Of a stretch of DNA of 56,789 nucleotides, positions 36,988-45,279 are shown piece after piece. Both the position numbers and the translations under genes were made by a program. Every line of letters begins with the position of its first letter. Within the stretch, counting starts at the first letter, position 1. Source of the DNA: an uncultured virus (IMG/VR IMGVR_UViG_3300030376_005178) (lineage: Duplodnaviria; Heunggongvirae; Uroviricota; Caudoviricetes); the IMG/VR virus record IMGVR_UViG_3300030376_005178; one strand, given 5' to 3'. The notes under the pieces were generated by a model that saw only the letters and a program-made list of their open reading frames with translations, did no database searches and was not told where the DNA came from.

Positions 36988-37328
36988 TTAAAAAACTCAT
37001 AATCGTTCATGCCTTTATCATCAATAAAGAGATCGGCATGGGGTTTACCCATGATTAACTCATGATACTTAACACCCCACATTTTTAATTGTGCTTGAGT
37101 AAGAGGTCTCAACAAGTCCTCTGCTACTGCTGCTGCTTCTGCATGAGGTTTAGTTTTATTCCTACCCATTGCACGAGCAGTCATGTATATTATGTAGTGA
37201 CCCTCATCATATAGTTTATTAACTGCTTCTATCCTATCCTTCTTAGGAGTAGCACCTTCGTACTGGCATGTCCCACACCCCTCACCAGGTGTACAGATAG
37301 TACCATCTATATCAAAGCAGTATCTCAT
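36984..37328 (-). CDS. HAD-superfamily phosphatase (capsule-biosynthesis type)
   Basis: FDIDGTIC, MTAR and MGKPHADLFIDDK motifs. Confidence 0.75.
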   Translation of the reverse strand: MRYCFDIDGTICTPGEGCGTCQYEGATPKKDRIEAVNKLYDEGHYIIYMTARAMGRNKTKPHAEAAAVAEDLLRPLTQAQLKMWGVKYHELIMGKPHADLFIDDKGMNDYEFFK

Positions 37329-38481
37329 GTTCTGGTCCAAGGTAAAGGGTTTCAATAGGATTTATATCCATTGATTCAGTTAAGTGTCTCCAACAATGCA
37401 TTGCCATGCCAATAGAAATACCAGCATCACTAGAAATTGGTTCGACATATAGTTTAGCACCTTCTGGTAAATGTTTCAAGTACTCATAGTTTGCAACACA
37501 ATTTAAAGCACACCCACCAGTCAATACCACATTATTACTATGCTCTAATGCTTTCTTTATTAATGCTAACATATAATTTTCAAAATCTTTCTGACATCTC
37601 CATGCAAGGTTGCATAGATGTTGACACTTATCAAAATCAAAAGTCTCTTCATTCAATACTTTCATCCACTCACTTCTATCTGCAATATAATCATAAGGTA
37701 TTAATTCTATACCATGAATATTTCTTTTCCATAAAGACTCATCAACTCTACCATCAACAACAAAAGGTTTAATGTTAGGATCTTCTTTACCATATGTTGA
37801 CAGACCCATTAGCTTACCACACTCAAGAGTTCCAAACCCAAGAAATGCACTGACACCAGAGTATAACATACCAATACCACTAGTAGGATCCTTAATGGTG
37901 TGACTATCCATCAAAGTATGCCAAGGCACTGCTCCTTGAGATATCTTTTCAAATGTATGAGGATAAGATGCTTTGTAAATTGTTTCTACTTCATGACCAC
38001 ACCTTTCTATCCAAGCACCAGCACCATCAACAACTAAGACAGATGCTTCTTTGAATCCTGAATTATAAAAACCCAATGCTGCATGATATAAATGATGTTC
38101 CCCACTACACTCAGTAAATTCGGTCAAGTCTTCTCCAGGAGTAACCCATTGAGTAGTTACATGACCATTATCCCCAACAGAATATCTCTTTGATCTTTTC
38201 TTCTTTGATTTATTAGTTGCTTTAGCAATAACATCATTACATATTGCCATAAGAGCATCAGTTTCTTCAATTTTATCAGGGTAAATCAAAGATGAATGCA
38301 ATATCCAATCAACTGCTTCCTCCACATACTTACTGATAACTGTATAAGGTCTATGATCATGTTTACGACGAGTATTTCTCTCCTCTTCTAACATCCACTC
38401 TATCTTACCATCTTTAAGATAACATACAGAAGCATTATGTGAGGTATGATATGATAATATCTTAGGATTTGAGTATACCAT
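37312..38481 (-). CDS. Carbamoyltransferase (CmcH/NodU) N-terminal Kae1-like domain only
   Basis: HNASVC...EEERNTRRKHD, HHLYHA, VVDGAG, GKLMGLS, TGGCALNCVAN and DAGISIG motifs; ends before the C-terminal domain. Confidence 0.8.
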   Translation of the reverse strand: MVYSNPKILSYHTSHNASVCYLKDGKIEWMLEEERNTRRKHDHRPYTVISKYVEEAVDWILHSSLIYPDKIEETDALMAICNDVIAKATNKSKKKRSKRYSVGDNGHVTTQWVTPGEDLTEFTECSGEHHLYHAALGFYNSGFKEASVLVVDGAGAWIERCGHEVETIYKASYPHTFEKISQGAVPWHTLMDSHTIKDPTSGIGMLYSGVSAFLGFGTLECGKLMGLSTYGKEDPNIKPFVVDGRVDESLWKRNIHGIELIPYDYIADRSEWMKVLNEETFDFDKCQHLCNLAWRCQKDFENYMLALIKKALEHSNNVVLTGGCALNCVANYEYLKHLPEGAKLYVEPISSDAGISIGMAMHCWRHLTESMDINPIETLYLGPEHEILL

Positions 38482-39262
38482 CTACATCCTCCATTGTAAG
38501 TGTGTATGTACCAGGATTTTGTACAGCAATTGCTGCTGCTCTGTTAGCAAAGTTAATTGCCTCACTCATATCTGGTAATTGTATGTAATAAAAAACTAAT
38601 GCTGCTAAGAAAGTATCACCAGCACCAGTAACATCAAAAGTTCTTTGTATCTCAGGACATGGAAACTGTTTCTTATTCCAATAAGCACCATGAGCACCCC
38701 TTGTAACAATTAAATGATCTGACTTAGGAATATAAGCAGAGTCTAACTTACTAAATTCCTTATCATTAATCTTATATACTATATTATTATATTGAATAGG
38801 TGGTTTTGTTTTCTTAGTATCTACAAATATTTTAATATCTGGATTCCTTTTAGCAAGATGATCTATACATTCTGTATCAACATAACCTTTATTATAATCA
38901 GATATAACAACAGCATCATAGCGTTGATGAACTGCAGCTATAGTAAGTTCAGAAGGATGTAATGGAGTGCAATCTGGTTCAGTATCTACTCTCAATATTT
39001 GTTGGTTACTTCTCTCGTGAATATATCTTGTCTTAGTAATAGGTTCTTTATTAGTAAGAAAGTTTACATTAATACCAAGAGACTTTAAATTCTCATGCAC
39101 ATTCGCTGCCATACCAGGAGCACTCTGCTTCTCCCGATACTTCATGACAGGGATAGGTCCCTCAGGACTTAAACGATCACAAGATCCATACACCCACTCA
39201 TCGGTGCAGCTATCCCCGATCAATAATACATTGTACTGTCTTGCTAGTAGCATACTTTTCAA
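38462..39262 (-). CDS. D-glycero-beta-D-manno-heptose-7-phosphate kinase (HldE/RfaE domain I, PfkB family)
   Basis: RLSPEGPIPV, ISDYNKG and DVTGAGDTFLA motifs. Confidence 0.85.
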   Translation of the reverse strand: MKSMLLARQYNVLLIGDSCTDEWVYGSCDRLSPEGPIPVMKYREKQSAPGMAANVHENLKSLGINVNFLTNKEPITKTRYIHERSNQQILRVDTEPDCTPLHPSELTIAAVHQRYDAVVISDYNKGYVDTECIDHLAKRNPDIKIFVDTKKTKPPIQYNNIVYKINDKEFSKLDSAYIPKSDHLIVTRGAHGAYWNKKQFPCPEIQRTFDVTGAGDTFLAALVFYYIQLPDMSEAINFANRAAAIAVQNPGTYTLTMEDVDGILKS

Positions 39263-39656
39263 TCCTATCGAAGAACTTTAATTCAGAAGACCAATACGAT
39301 CCAATGACCGACTTGTCTTTCCAATCAGAACCAACCACCATCACATCAGGTTTGATATCTTTTACCAATGCCTCAAGAGATTCATCACTATCAAAGTAAG
39401 TCACCTCATCAACTGCCTCAAGAGCAATCAACATCAGTCCTCTATCTTCCTGATTATATATTGGACGGGTTGGTCCTTTCTTTTCCCGTACTCTGTCGTC
39501 AGTATCGATACCAACTATAACATAGTTCCCTAAAGACTTAGCATAGTTTAGTAATGATATGTGACCTGGATGTAAGAGATCAAATGTACCATTGACAAAG
39601 ACTCTTACTGGTGCAAAGGGATGGATAAACCTTTTAGTCAAACTGGTTGACCCCAT
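39210..39656 (-). CDS. Heptose-1-phosphate adenylyltransferase (HldE/RfaE domain II)
   Basis: NGTFDLLHPGH, KGPTRPI and KPDVMVVGSDW motifs. Confidence 0.8.
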   Translation of the reverse strand: MGSTSLTKRFIHPFAPVRVFVNGTFDLLHPGHISLLNYAKSLGNYVIVGIDTDDRVREKKGPTRPIYNQEDRGLMLIALEAVDEVTYFDSDESLEALVKDIKPDVMVVGSDWKDKSVIGSYWSSELKFFDRIEKYATSKTVQCIIDRG

Positions 39657-41605
39657 TCCATCTCAGTGTCATTCTTTGCACCATCACTTTCTTCTGCACC
39701 CATAGTAGCATACTGTCTTAAACGCTTACCCTTCCTTGCTTCCAACTTTGCTGACGGTTTCCATTCATGTTCTTCTTCAACAGTAATCAACTTACCGTAC
39801 TCAGGAAGATACAAATACTTAACAGCACTACTATAGAGGGTACGAACCGCATCATCGAGTGTTTCAACCAGAGGTTCTCCACCCAGATTAAAGGAAGTAT
39901 TGAATATGATAGGGCAACCAGTCTGTTTAAAGAATTCTTGGATGATTTCATAATAGTTTTTGTTTTGTTCTGGTGTAACTGTTTGTATTCTACATGTACC
40001 GTCAACATGTATAATAGCAGGGATCTTTTCCTGAATACCTGGCTGACATTCAACAGCATACATCATGAATGGAGTCTCATCCATACCACGAAGATCAAAC
40101 CACTCATGCACATGTTCTTTTAGTATACTACCAGCAAAAGGACGGAAGAATTCTCTATGTTTCACACTGTTAACATGATCTCTACCATCAGGATCTCTAG
40201 GGTCATAAAGGAAAGAACGATTACCAAGTGCTCTTGGACCTGCCTCAGATCTACCTTGGAATAGTGCAACAATATTTTTCTCAGTTATAAGCTTAACAAC
40301 ATCTGCATGTGTTACATCTGTAATCTCTGCACCATACTTCTCACTAATCACATCAATTTCCTCCGCAGTGTAGTTGTATTCTGGACCAGTATAAAGATCT
40401 TTAATAGGTGGGTGTACAGTACGATCTTTATTAATTCTATGATGCCATAGTAATGCTGCTCCTAATGCAGTACCAGAATCATTGCTGACAGGTTCAACAT
40501 AAAGATTAATACCTTCACCTTTCAACTGTTCAAGATACCAGTAGTTTGCAACACAATTTAATGCATACCCACCACTCAATACTACATTCTTATTACCTGT
40601 CATTTTAACAGAGTTACGAATCAAGGTCAAGACTTGTTGTTGAGTTTCATTTTGAATCTTCCAAGCAGCATCCTTTCTATTTTGCAATTCATATAGATCT
40701 TTAGTATCATCATCACCTAAGTCCATAACCTCCTCAATCATATGTCTATTATAGATTGATCCATTAGGATAGAAAGGTGTAAAAGTATTTCTACAAGCAA
40801 TTTGCATCTGAGAGATACCATCATCAACAAAGAATGGTGGTAGATACTCAGGGTTCTTACCATAAGGAGCAAGACCCATTACTTTTCCTGCTTCTATAGC
40901 AGGGAATCCACAGTACTCCGTAATACCCTCATAGGTTTTAACAATACCAGCACTAGGAGTAGCATATAATTCATGATGATCATTCTCTTGAGACTCATAC
41001 CTCTCCACCATTCCATACCCATCCCAGAATCCAGAATCAAATCTATGATAGAAACAAACTGGAGTAGCAAACTTAGTTCCTATATGTTTATACTTTGTGT
41101 CAATAATATCAGGATAAGAACAATCAAATACAGTCTCGGTCTCCCAATAATCTTCAGTAAATTTTTCTATACTACCAAACTTACACCATGATCCTGCACC
41201 ATCAACAATAACTGCTGTTGCCGTCTCAAATCCTGAATTATAAAATGCACACGCAGCATGTAATCTATGATGAATATGACCCATATCTATAACACTATCT
41301 GGCCAAGTTCCAAACTCTGCAGTGTCTTCAAGCAAACCAATCTTTCGTGCAAGACCATAGTATTGATCATTACCACAGTAATCCATCCTGAAATTATGCT
41401 GACTCATCCTAGTAGTATGAGCAATGATAAAGTAATCAAGTTTATCTGTGTACTCTTTGATCTTTAAGATAGTTGCTAGTGGAGCACCATCATACTTAAC
41501 TCTGGTAAGTCTTTCTTCTTCTAAATTAAATACAACTTCACCATCTTTAAGAAGACAAACTCCACCGTTATGTCCTCTAGTAATAGCAGCAATCCATTGG
41601 GTCAT
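39638..41605 (-). CDS. O-carbamoyltransferase (CmcH/NodU/TobZ family), full length
   Basis: HNGG..EEERLTRVKYD, HHRLHA, GKVMGLAPYG, EAGPRALGNRS, REFFRPFA, HVDGTCRIQTV and NTSFN motifs. Confidence 0.9.
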   Translation of the reverse strand: MTQWIAAITRGHNGGVCLLKDGEVVFNLEEERLTRVKYDGAPLATILKIKEYTDKLDYFIIAHTTRMSQHNFRMDYCGNDQYYGLARKIGLLEDTAEFGTWPDSVIDMGHIHHRLHAACAFYNSGFETATAVIVDGAGSWCKFGSIEKFTEDYWETETVFDCSYPDIIDTKYKHIGTKFATPVCFYHRFDSGFWDGYGMVERYESQENDHHELYATPSAGIVKTYEGITEYCGFPAIEAGKVMGLAPYGKNPEYLPPFFVDDGISQMQIACRNTFTPFYPNGSIYNRHMIEEVMDLGDDDTKDLYELQNRKDAAWKIQNETQQQVLTLIRNSVKMTGNKNVVLSGGYALNCVANYWYLEQLKGEGINLYVEPVSNDSGTALGAALLWHHRINKDRTVHPPIKDLYTGPEYNYTAEEIDVISEKYGAEITDVTHADVVKLITEKNIVALFQGRSEAGPRALGNRSFLYDPRDPDGRDHVNSVKHREFFRPFAGSILKEHVHEWFDLRGMDETPFMMYAVECQPGIQEKIPAIIHVDGTCRIQTVTPEQNKNYYEIIQEFFKQTGCPIIFNTSFNLGGEPLVETLDDAVRTLYSSAVKYLYLPEYGKLITVEEEHEWKPSAKLEARKGKRLRQYATMGAEESDGAKNDTEMEWGQPV

Positions 41606-42633
41606 GATCCAAATCCTCTAGGGTTATGTGCTGGATTATCACAGCATTTTTTTGGTTCTTCTTTCTTCTTAAGTTTTTCAGGATCAACCTTACGCATAAC
41701 AGGTTTACCCAATCTCTTTCTACAACTATCAATGACATTCTTAACATCATCGTTAGTCATAGTCATACACTCATCATTCTCCATGTCCTGCTGATCCTCA
41801 CCAGTCATACGCAAAGGAGAATATGTTCTACTACCCTCACCAACATCAAAGATGTCAAATGATGGTTCATTTGGATATGATATGTTAACAGGGAATGTGG
41901 AACCAACAACAACTGTTGCTGATGTTTCAACAGACCTAGCAATATGCTGACCTACACTATCACATCCTAAGAAATGATCAGCGTGACCTATCAAAGCTGC
42001 CCACAAACGAATGTCTGATACCTGAGGTATAGCATGATTGTGTTTAGTACTACCAGTAGACTCAATCTCAAAAGGAAACTCACTCATTACTACAACAGCA
42101 TAATCTTTCTTAAGATCATTAATAATCTTAGAAACATCACTTACATTTAAACTTCTAGATGATGGATCAAAAATATATCCATCAGTATTCATCACACCTC
42201 TACCAAAGGGTTGAATAACTATACATTTATCTTTACCTAGTTGATCTTTAATTCCTTCTAAAGTATTAAGTGCTGATATACCTTCTGTCTTAGTAACTTT
42301 AATATTAGGTGCAGGTAATTCTCTTGGTTCTTCTAATCCATTAATTTCTATATCAAATGCCTGTGCAAGACTACATTTCTGATTATAATAATGCCAAATT
42401 CTATATGGTTCTGGTGTTACACAGTCACGCATCTTAAGTTTATCCTCAAACAAACCCTTGTGCCAGAAGTCGTAAGCATGTTTATGTAAGACAGGATGTG
42501 CCTTATAAAAATTCATCCCTCCTTCTGCTACGATAATAAAATCGTCGTGAGTTTCTGCATACTTTTCAAATGCAGGGATGGAGCAGATGATACGACCAGC
42601 ACCACCATTAATAAAAAATGCTTTAGATCTCAT
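41602..42633 (-). CDS. GT9-like glycosyltransferase (putative heptosyltransferase)
   Basis: INGGAGR N-terminus; WAALIGHADHFLGCDSVGQHIA...GST matches the GT9 DS-H motif; adjacent to ADP-heptose genes. Confidence 0.65.
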   Translation of the reverse strand: MRSKAFFINGGAGRIICSIPAFEKYAETHDDFIIVAEGGMNFYKAHPVLHKHAYDFWHKGLFEDKLKMRDCVTPEPYRIWHYYNQKCSLAQAFDIEINGLEEPRELPAPNIKVTKTEGISALNTLEGIKDQLGKDKCIVIQPFGRGVMNTDGYIFDPSSRSLNVSDVSKIINDLKKDYAVVVMSEFPFEIESTGSTKHNHAIPQVSDIRLWAALIGHADHFLGCDSVGQHIARSVETSATVVVGSTFPVNISYPNEPSFDIFDVGEGSRTYSPLRMTGEDQQDMENDECMTMTNDDVKNVIDSCRKRLGKPVMRKVDPEKLKKKEEPKKCCDNPAHNPRGFGS

Positions 42634-42658
42634 AATATTCTTTCAACAATTTATATAG

Positions 42659-43453
42659 TCACATAAAGAGAACCTGATTTATTCTATCGTAGTCGGTAAA
42701 CATACCAAGATCTACATTCTGACTATGTAATGTCTGTGATTCGTATAATGCCATCCTATTATACACCATTTCAAACTCATGTTCAACCTTCCACTGTGCA
42801 TTATTCTGTAATGACCAATGAATGTGCTCAAAGATTTCTTCATTAGTCATAGTTTCTTGTGGTCTTGACGGAAAAGGAATACCAGTTGGTCCTTTCATAG
42901 CCAAAGACATCTCACCATCATAACTCCAAAGGTTTGTGCCACCAGCACATTCCTCTGGAGTATTTAAATATATCACAGCTGCAAATTGAGTATGTAAAGG
43001 TGGCATTTGTAATCTATAGGCATCCTGATGAGGAATAATTCCCATAGGTTTATCTGCCAATGTCTTATCATTGATAACATTACATATAAATGCACACTTT
43101 TGCCACTCGGCTTGGAACCATTGTTTATTCTGCCACTTACCACCACCCCATATATTAGTATCAAAACATAACTCCTCAAAGAGAGGATATAATTTCTTTC
43201 TTACTTCAGAAGTCTCAATAAAAACCCTATGACCAGGCATATATGATAACAATGCTGGATCAGTTTTCTTTTTTGACTCCAAACACAACTGTCTAACAGC
43301 ATCTGGATCCTTATAAAAATTATCTATAACTACTACTGATTTCTTTTGTGGTCCTATATTTTGTTGTATTTTAATCTCTAGTTCATCACTAAGATGAAAC
43401 ATCTTCATATATCTTATAGGATCAAAGTCACTAGGCGGTGTTAGATCTGGCAT
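42659..43453 (-). CDS. 2OG-Fe(II) oxygenase-like protein (DUF6445-like)
   Basis: VIDNFYKDPD, PHQD, IYLNTPEECAGGT, YNRMALY...H and RINQVLF motifs. Confidence 0.7.
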   Translation of the reverse strand: MPDLTPPSDFDPIRYMKMFHLSDELEIKIQQNIGPQKKSVVVIDNFYKDPDAVRQLCLESKKKTDPALLSYMPGHRVFIETSEVRKKLYPLFEELCFDTNIWGGGKWQNKQWFQAEWQKCAFICNVINDKTLADKPMGIIPHQDAYRLQMPPLHTQFAAVIYLNTPEECAGGTNLWSYDGEMSLAMKGPTGIPFPSRPQETMTNEEIFEHIHWSLQNNAQWKVEHEFEMVYNRMALYESQTLHSQNVDLGMFTDYDRINQVLFM

Positions 43454-43454
43454 T

Positions 43455-43526
43455 TTATAAAATCCTGTAGGTCAAAAAAAATTCGGGAAAAATTTTCCCG
43501 AATTCTGGTAAACAAAAGGTGAATTT
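43455..43526. repeat. 72-bp dispersed intergenic element, copy 2, with perfect palindrome
   Basis: AATTCGGGAAAA-A-TTTTCCCGAATT (12-bp arms); matches 30228-30299. Confidence 0.75.
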
Positions 43527-43538
43527 CGTTTCGGGTCT

Positions 43539-44321
43539 CTAAAGATAAGGACTCTCGTTAGGTAGGACTGCATCCTTCCATTCATCATCACCATTTTGCT
43601 TTGCTGTTTTATGTAGTGCGTCTTGCTCAGTGATTTCAGGGTCACGAGGCCATACAATCAAGTGTGTTGCAGTACCGACACCTGCCCAATCTTGTGGCAA
43701 GTTCCTTAGTTTTGTACGATAGTCTTTCCATGCAACCTTGAATGACTCTGGTGCATCCTCAGGAATTCTACTATCAGATGAATGAAGTATTTTATTCCTT
43801 TGAAATCTTACCCAATCCCATCCCCAAATTTGTTCATCCTCATCAACATCAGGATTATTATCAGGATTCTTTTCATGAGAGAACTTAGGAGTCTTCCATC
43901 CACCTGCACCTGAGTTAAGAGTTGGATCCCATCCAAAACTACTCATATCATATACTTCTTGGAAGTGTGCAGGGTCTTGGATCCAAGGGTTTGGATCTGA
44001 TGAAGGACCACATACAACTTCAATAAATTCTGGACCTGCTACACCACCATATAATGCTGCAGCTGTTTCTGGATGCTGATCTGCATCTAGATCTACAGTG
44101 TAGACATTCAAAGGAAGATCCGTTGGATAATCTGATCTATCTGGATCAGTTGTATCCATAATAATATCAGTCTTATCACCGTTCTCATCGAGTTCCAACC
44201 AAACCTTAAGGTTTTTAGGACCGATGTAAGTTGCGACACCTACATTAGCATCGTCTTGTTCTTGTCCCAGCCAATCTGTTGGTACTGGGAAGATAAAAGT
44301 TTTGTTTATTTGTGCAGCCAT
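43539..44321 (-). CDS. Tail fibre assembly chaperone-like protein
   Basis: C-terminal W.WVRFQRNKILHSSD...WKDYRTKLRNLP...WP motif. Confidence 0.7.
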   Translation of the reverse strand: MAAQINKTFIFPVPTDWLGQEQDDANVGVATYIGPKNLKVWLELDENGDKTDIIMDTTDPDRSDYPTDLPLNVYTVDLDADQHPETAAALYGGVAGPEFIEVVCGPSSDPNPWIQDPAHFQEVYDMSSFGWDPTLNSGAGGWKTPKFSHEKNPDNNPDVDEDEQIWGWDWVRFQRNKILHSSDSRIPEDAPESFKVAWKDYRTKLRNLPQDWAGVGTATHLIVWPRDPEITEQDALHKTAKQNGDDEWKDAVLPNESPYL

Positions 44322-44356
44322 GGTTTGTTCAGGTTTACTCCTTCATTTGTTATTTA

Positions 44357-45202
44357 TTATGACCAATATGTTACTACGACTAGTCCACCAGCACCGAAAC
44401 TTCCCCAACAGTTAGATCCTTCTGTACCAGCAGTGAATCCACCGCCACCTGGGAATAGTGAGTGACCATAGCAGCAACCAACTCTGTTACCTGTACCACA
44501 CTTAGAGCGACCTCTAACAAAGGATGAACCCCAAGGTCCAGGACCACCACTAGCAATAGGATAGTGTTCTGTATTACAGTACTGGTTAGCAGAATCAGCA
44601 CCGTTCATACCACCAAGAGCGAAGTCCCAGTTACCACAAACACATGCCATTCTTTCATTATTGCACCAAGCACACTGAGTATTCATCTTACAAGTATAGC
44701 ACCACTGAGCACACTTATGGTGACCCCAACCTCCTCCTGTTGCACAGAAGTTACTCAGTCCAGAACCTTGTACATAAGTTGTGCAACCACAGAATCCACA
44801 ACCATTTCTTCCAGTACAACATCCACAACATGAACATCTAGTTGTTGCAGCAGCACAAATAGTATATTGTGTTGAACCTGGTGTAAATTCTCCTTTGTGT
44901 GCATGGAGTGTCTTAACACCATAAGCACCAGAACCACCTGGGTGGTAACCACCAGTACAGCAACGACCAGGACCACCTGATCCTCCACCACTCATGATCT
45001 CAAATTTAATAGTCAGTGCCTTACAAGGTACTGTCCAGAGATAGCAACAACCTCCATTTTCAGGACTCCAATAACAGCAGTCATAATAGAAATCTTGTTC
45101 AACCACAGCAGTAGAAAATCCACTAACCTGTGCTGGACCTAGCGAGTTCGCTATGACCGCCTGATCCCCCTGCAGTTTTTTATATGTTTGATAATTAGCC
45201 AT
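44357..45202 (-). CDS. Cys/Gly-rich virion (fibre-tip-like) protein
   Basis: WTVP...GGGSGG...GAGGLVVVTY glycine-rich domain; 29 Cys; TAAATA at 45225-45230. Confidence 0.65.
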   Translation of the reverse strand: MANYQTYKKLQGDQAVIANSLGPAQVSGFSTAVVEQDFYYDCCYWSPENGGCCYLWTVPCKALTIKFEIMSGGGSGGPGRCCTGGYHPGGSGAYGVKTLHAHKGEFTPGSTQYTICAAATTRCSCCGCCTGRNGCGFCGCTTYVQGSGLSNFCATGGGWGHHKCAQWCYTCKMNTQCAWCNNERMACVCGNWDFALGGMNGADSANQYCNTEHYPIASGGPGPWGSSFVRGRSKCGTGNRVGCCYGHSLFPGGGGFTAGTEGSNCWGSFGAGGLVVVTYWS

Positions 45203-45242
45203 TGCCTATACTCTGTGGTATTAGTATTTAGAAAAAAATATA

Positions 45243-45267
45243 ACAAAAAGGGAGTAGTACACTCCCT
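45243..45267 (-). terminator. Rho-independent terminator after the tail fibre gene
   Basis: AGGGAGT-5 nt-ACTCCCT hairpin followed by a T-run on the - strand. Confidence 0.65.
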
Positions 45268-45279
45268 CATCAACGAGAA

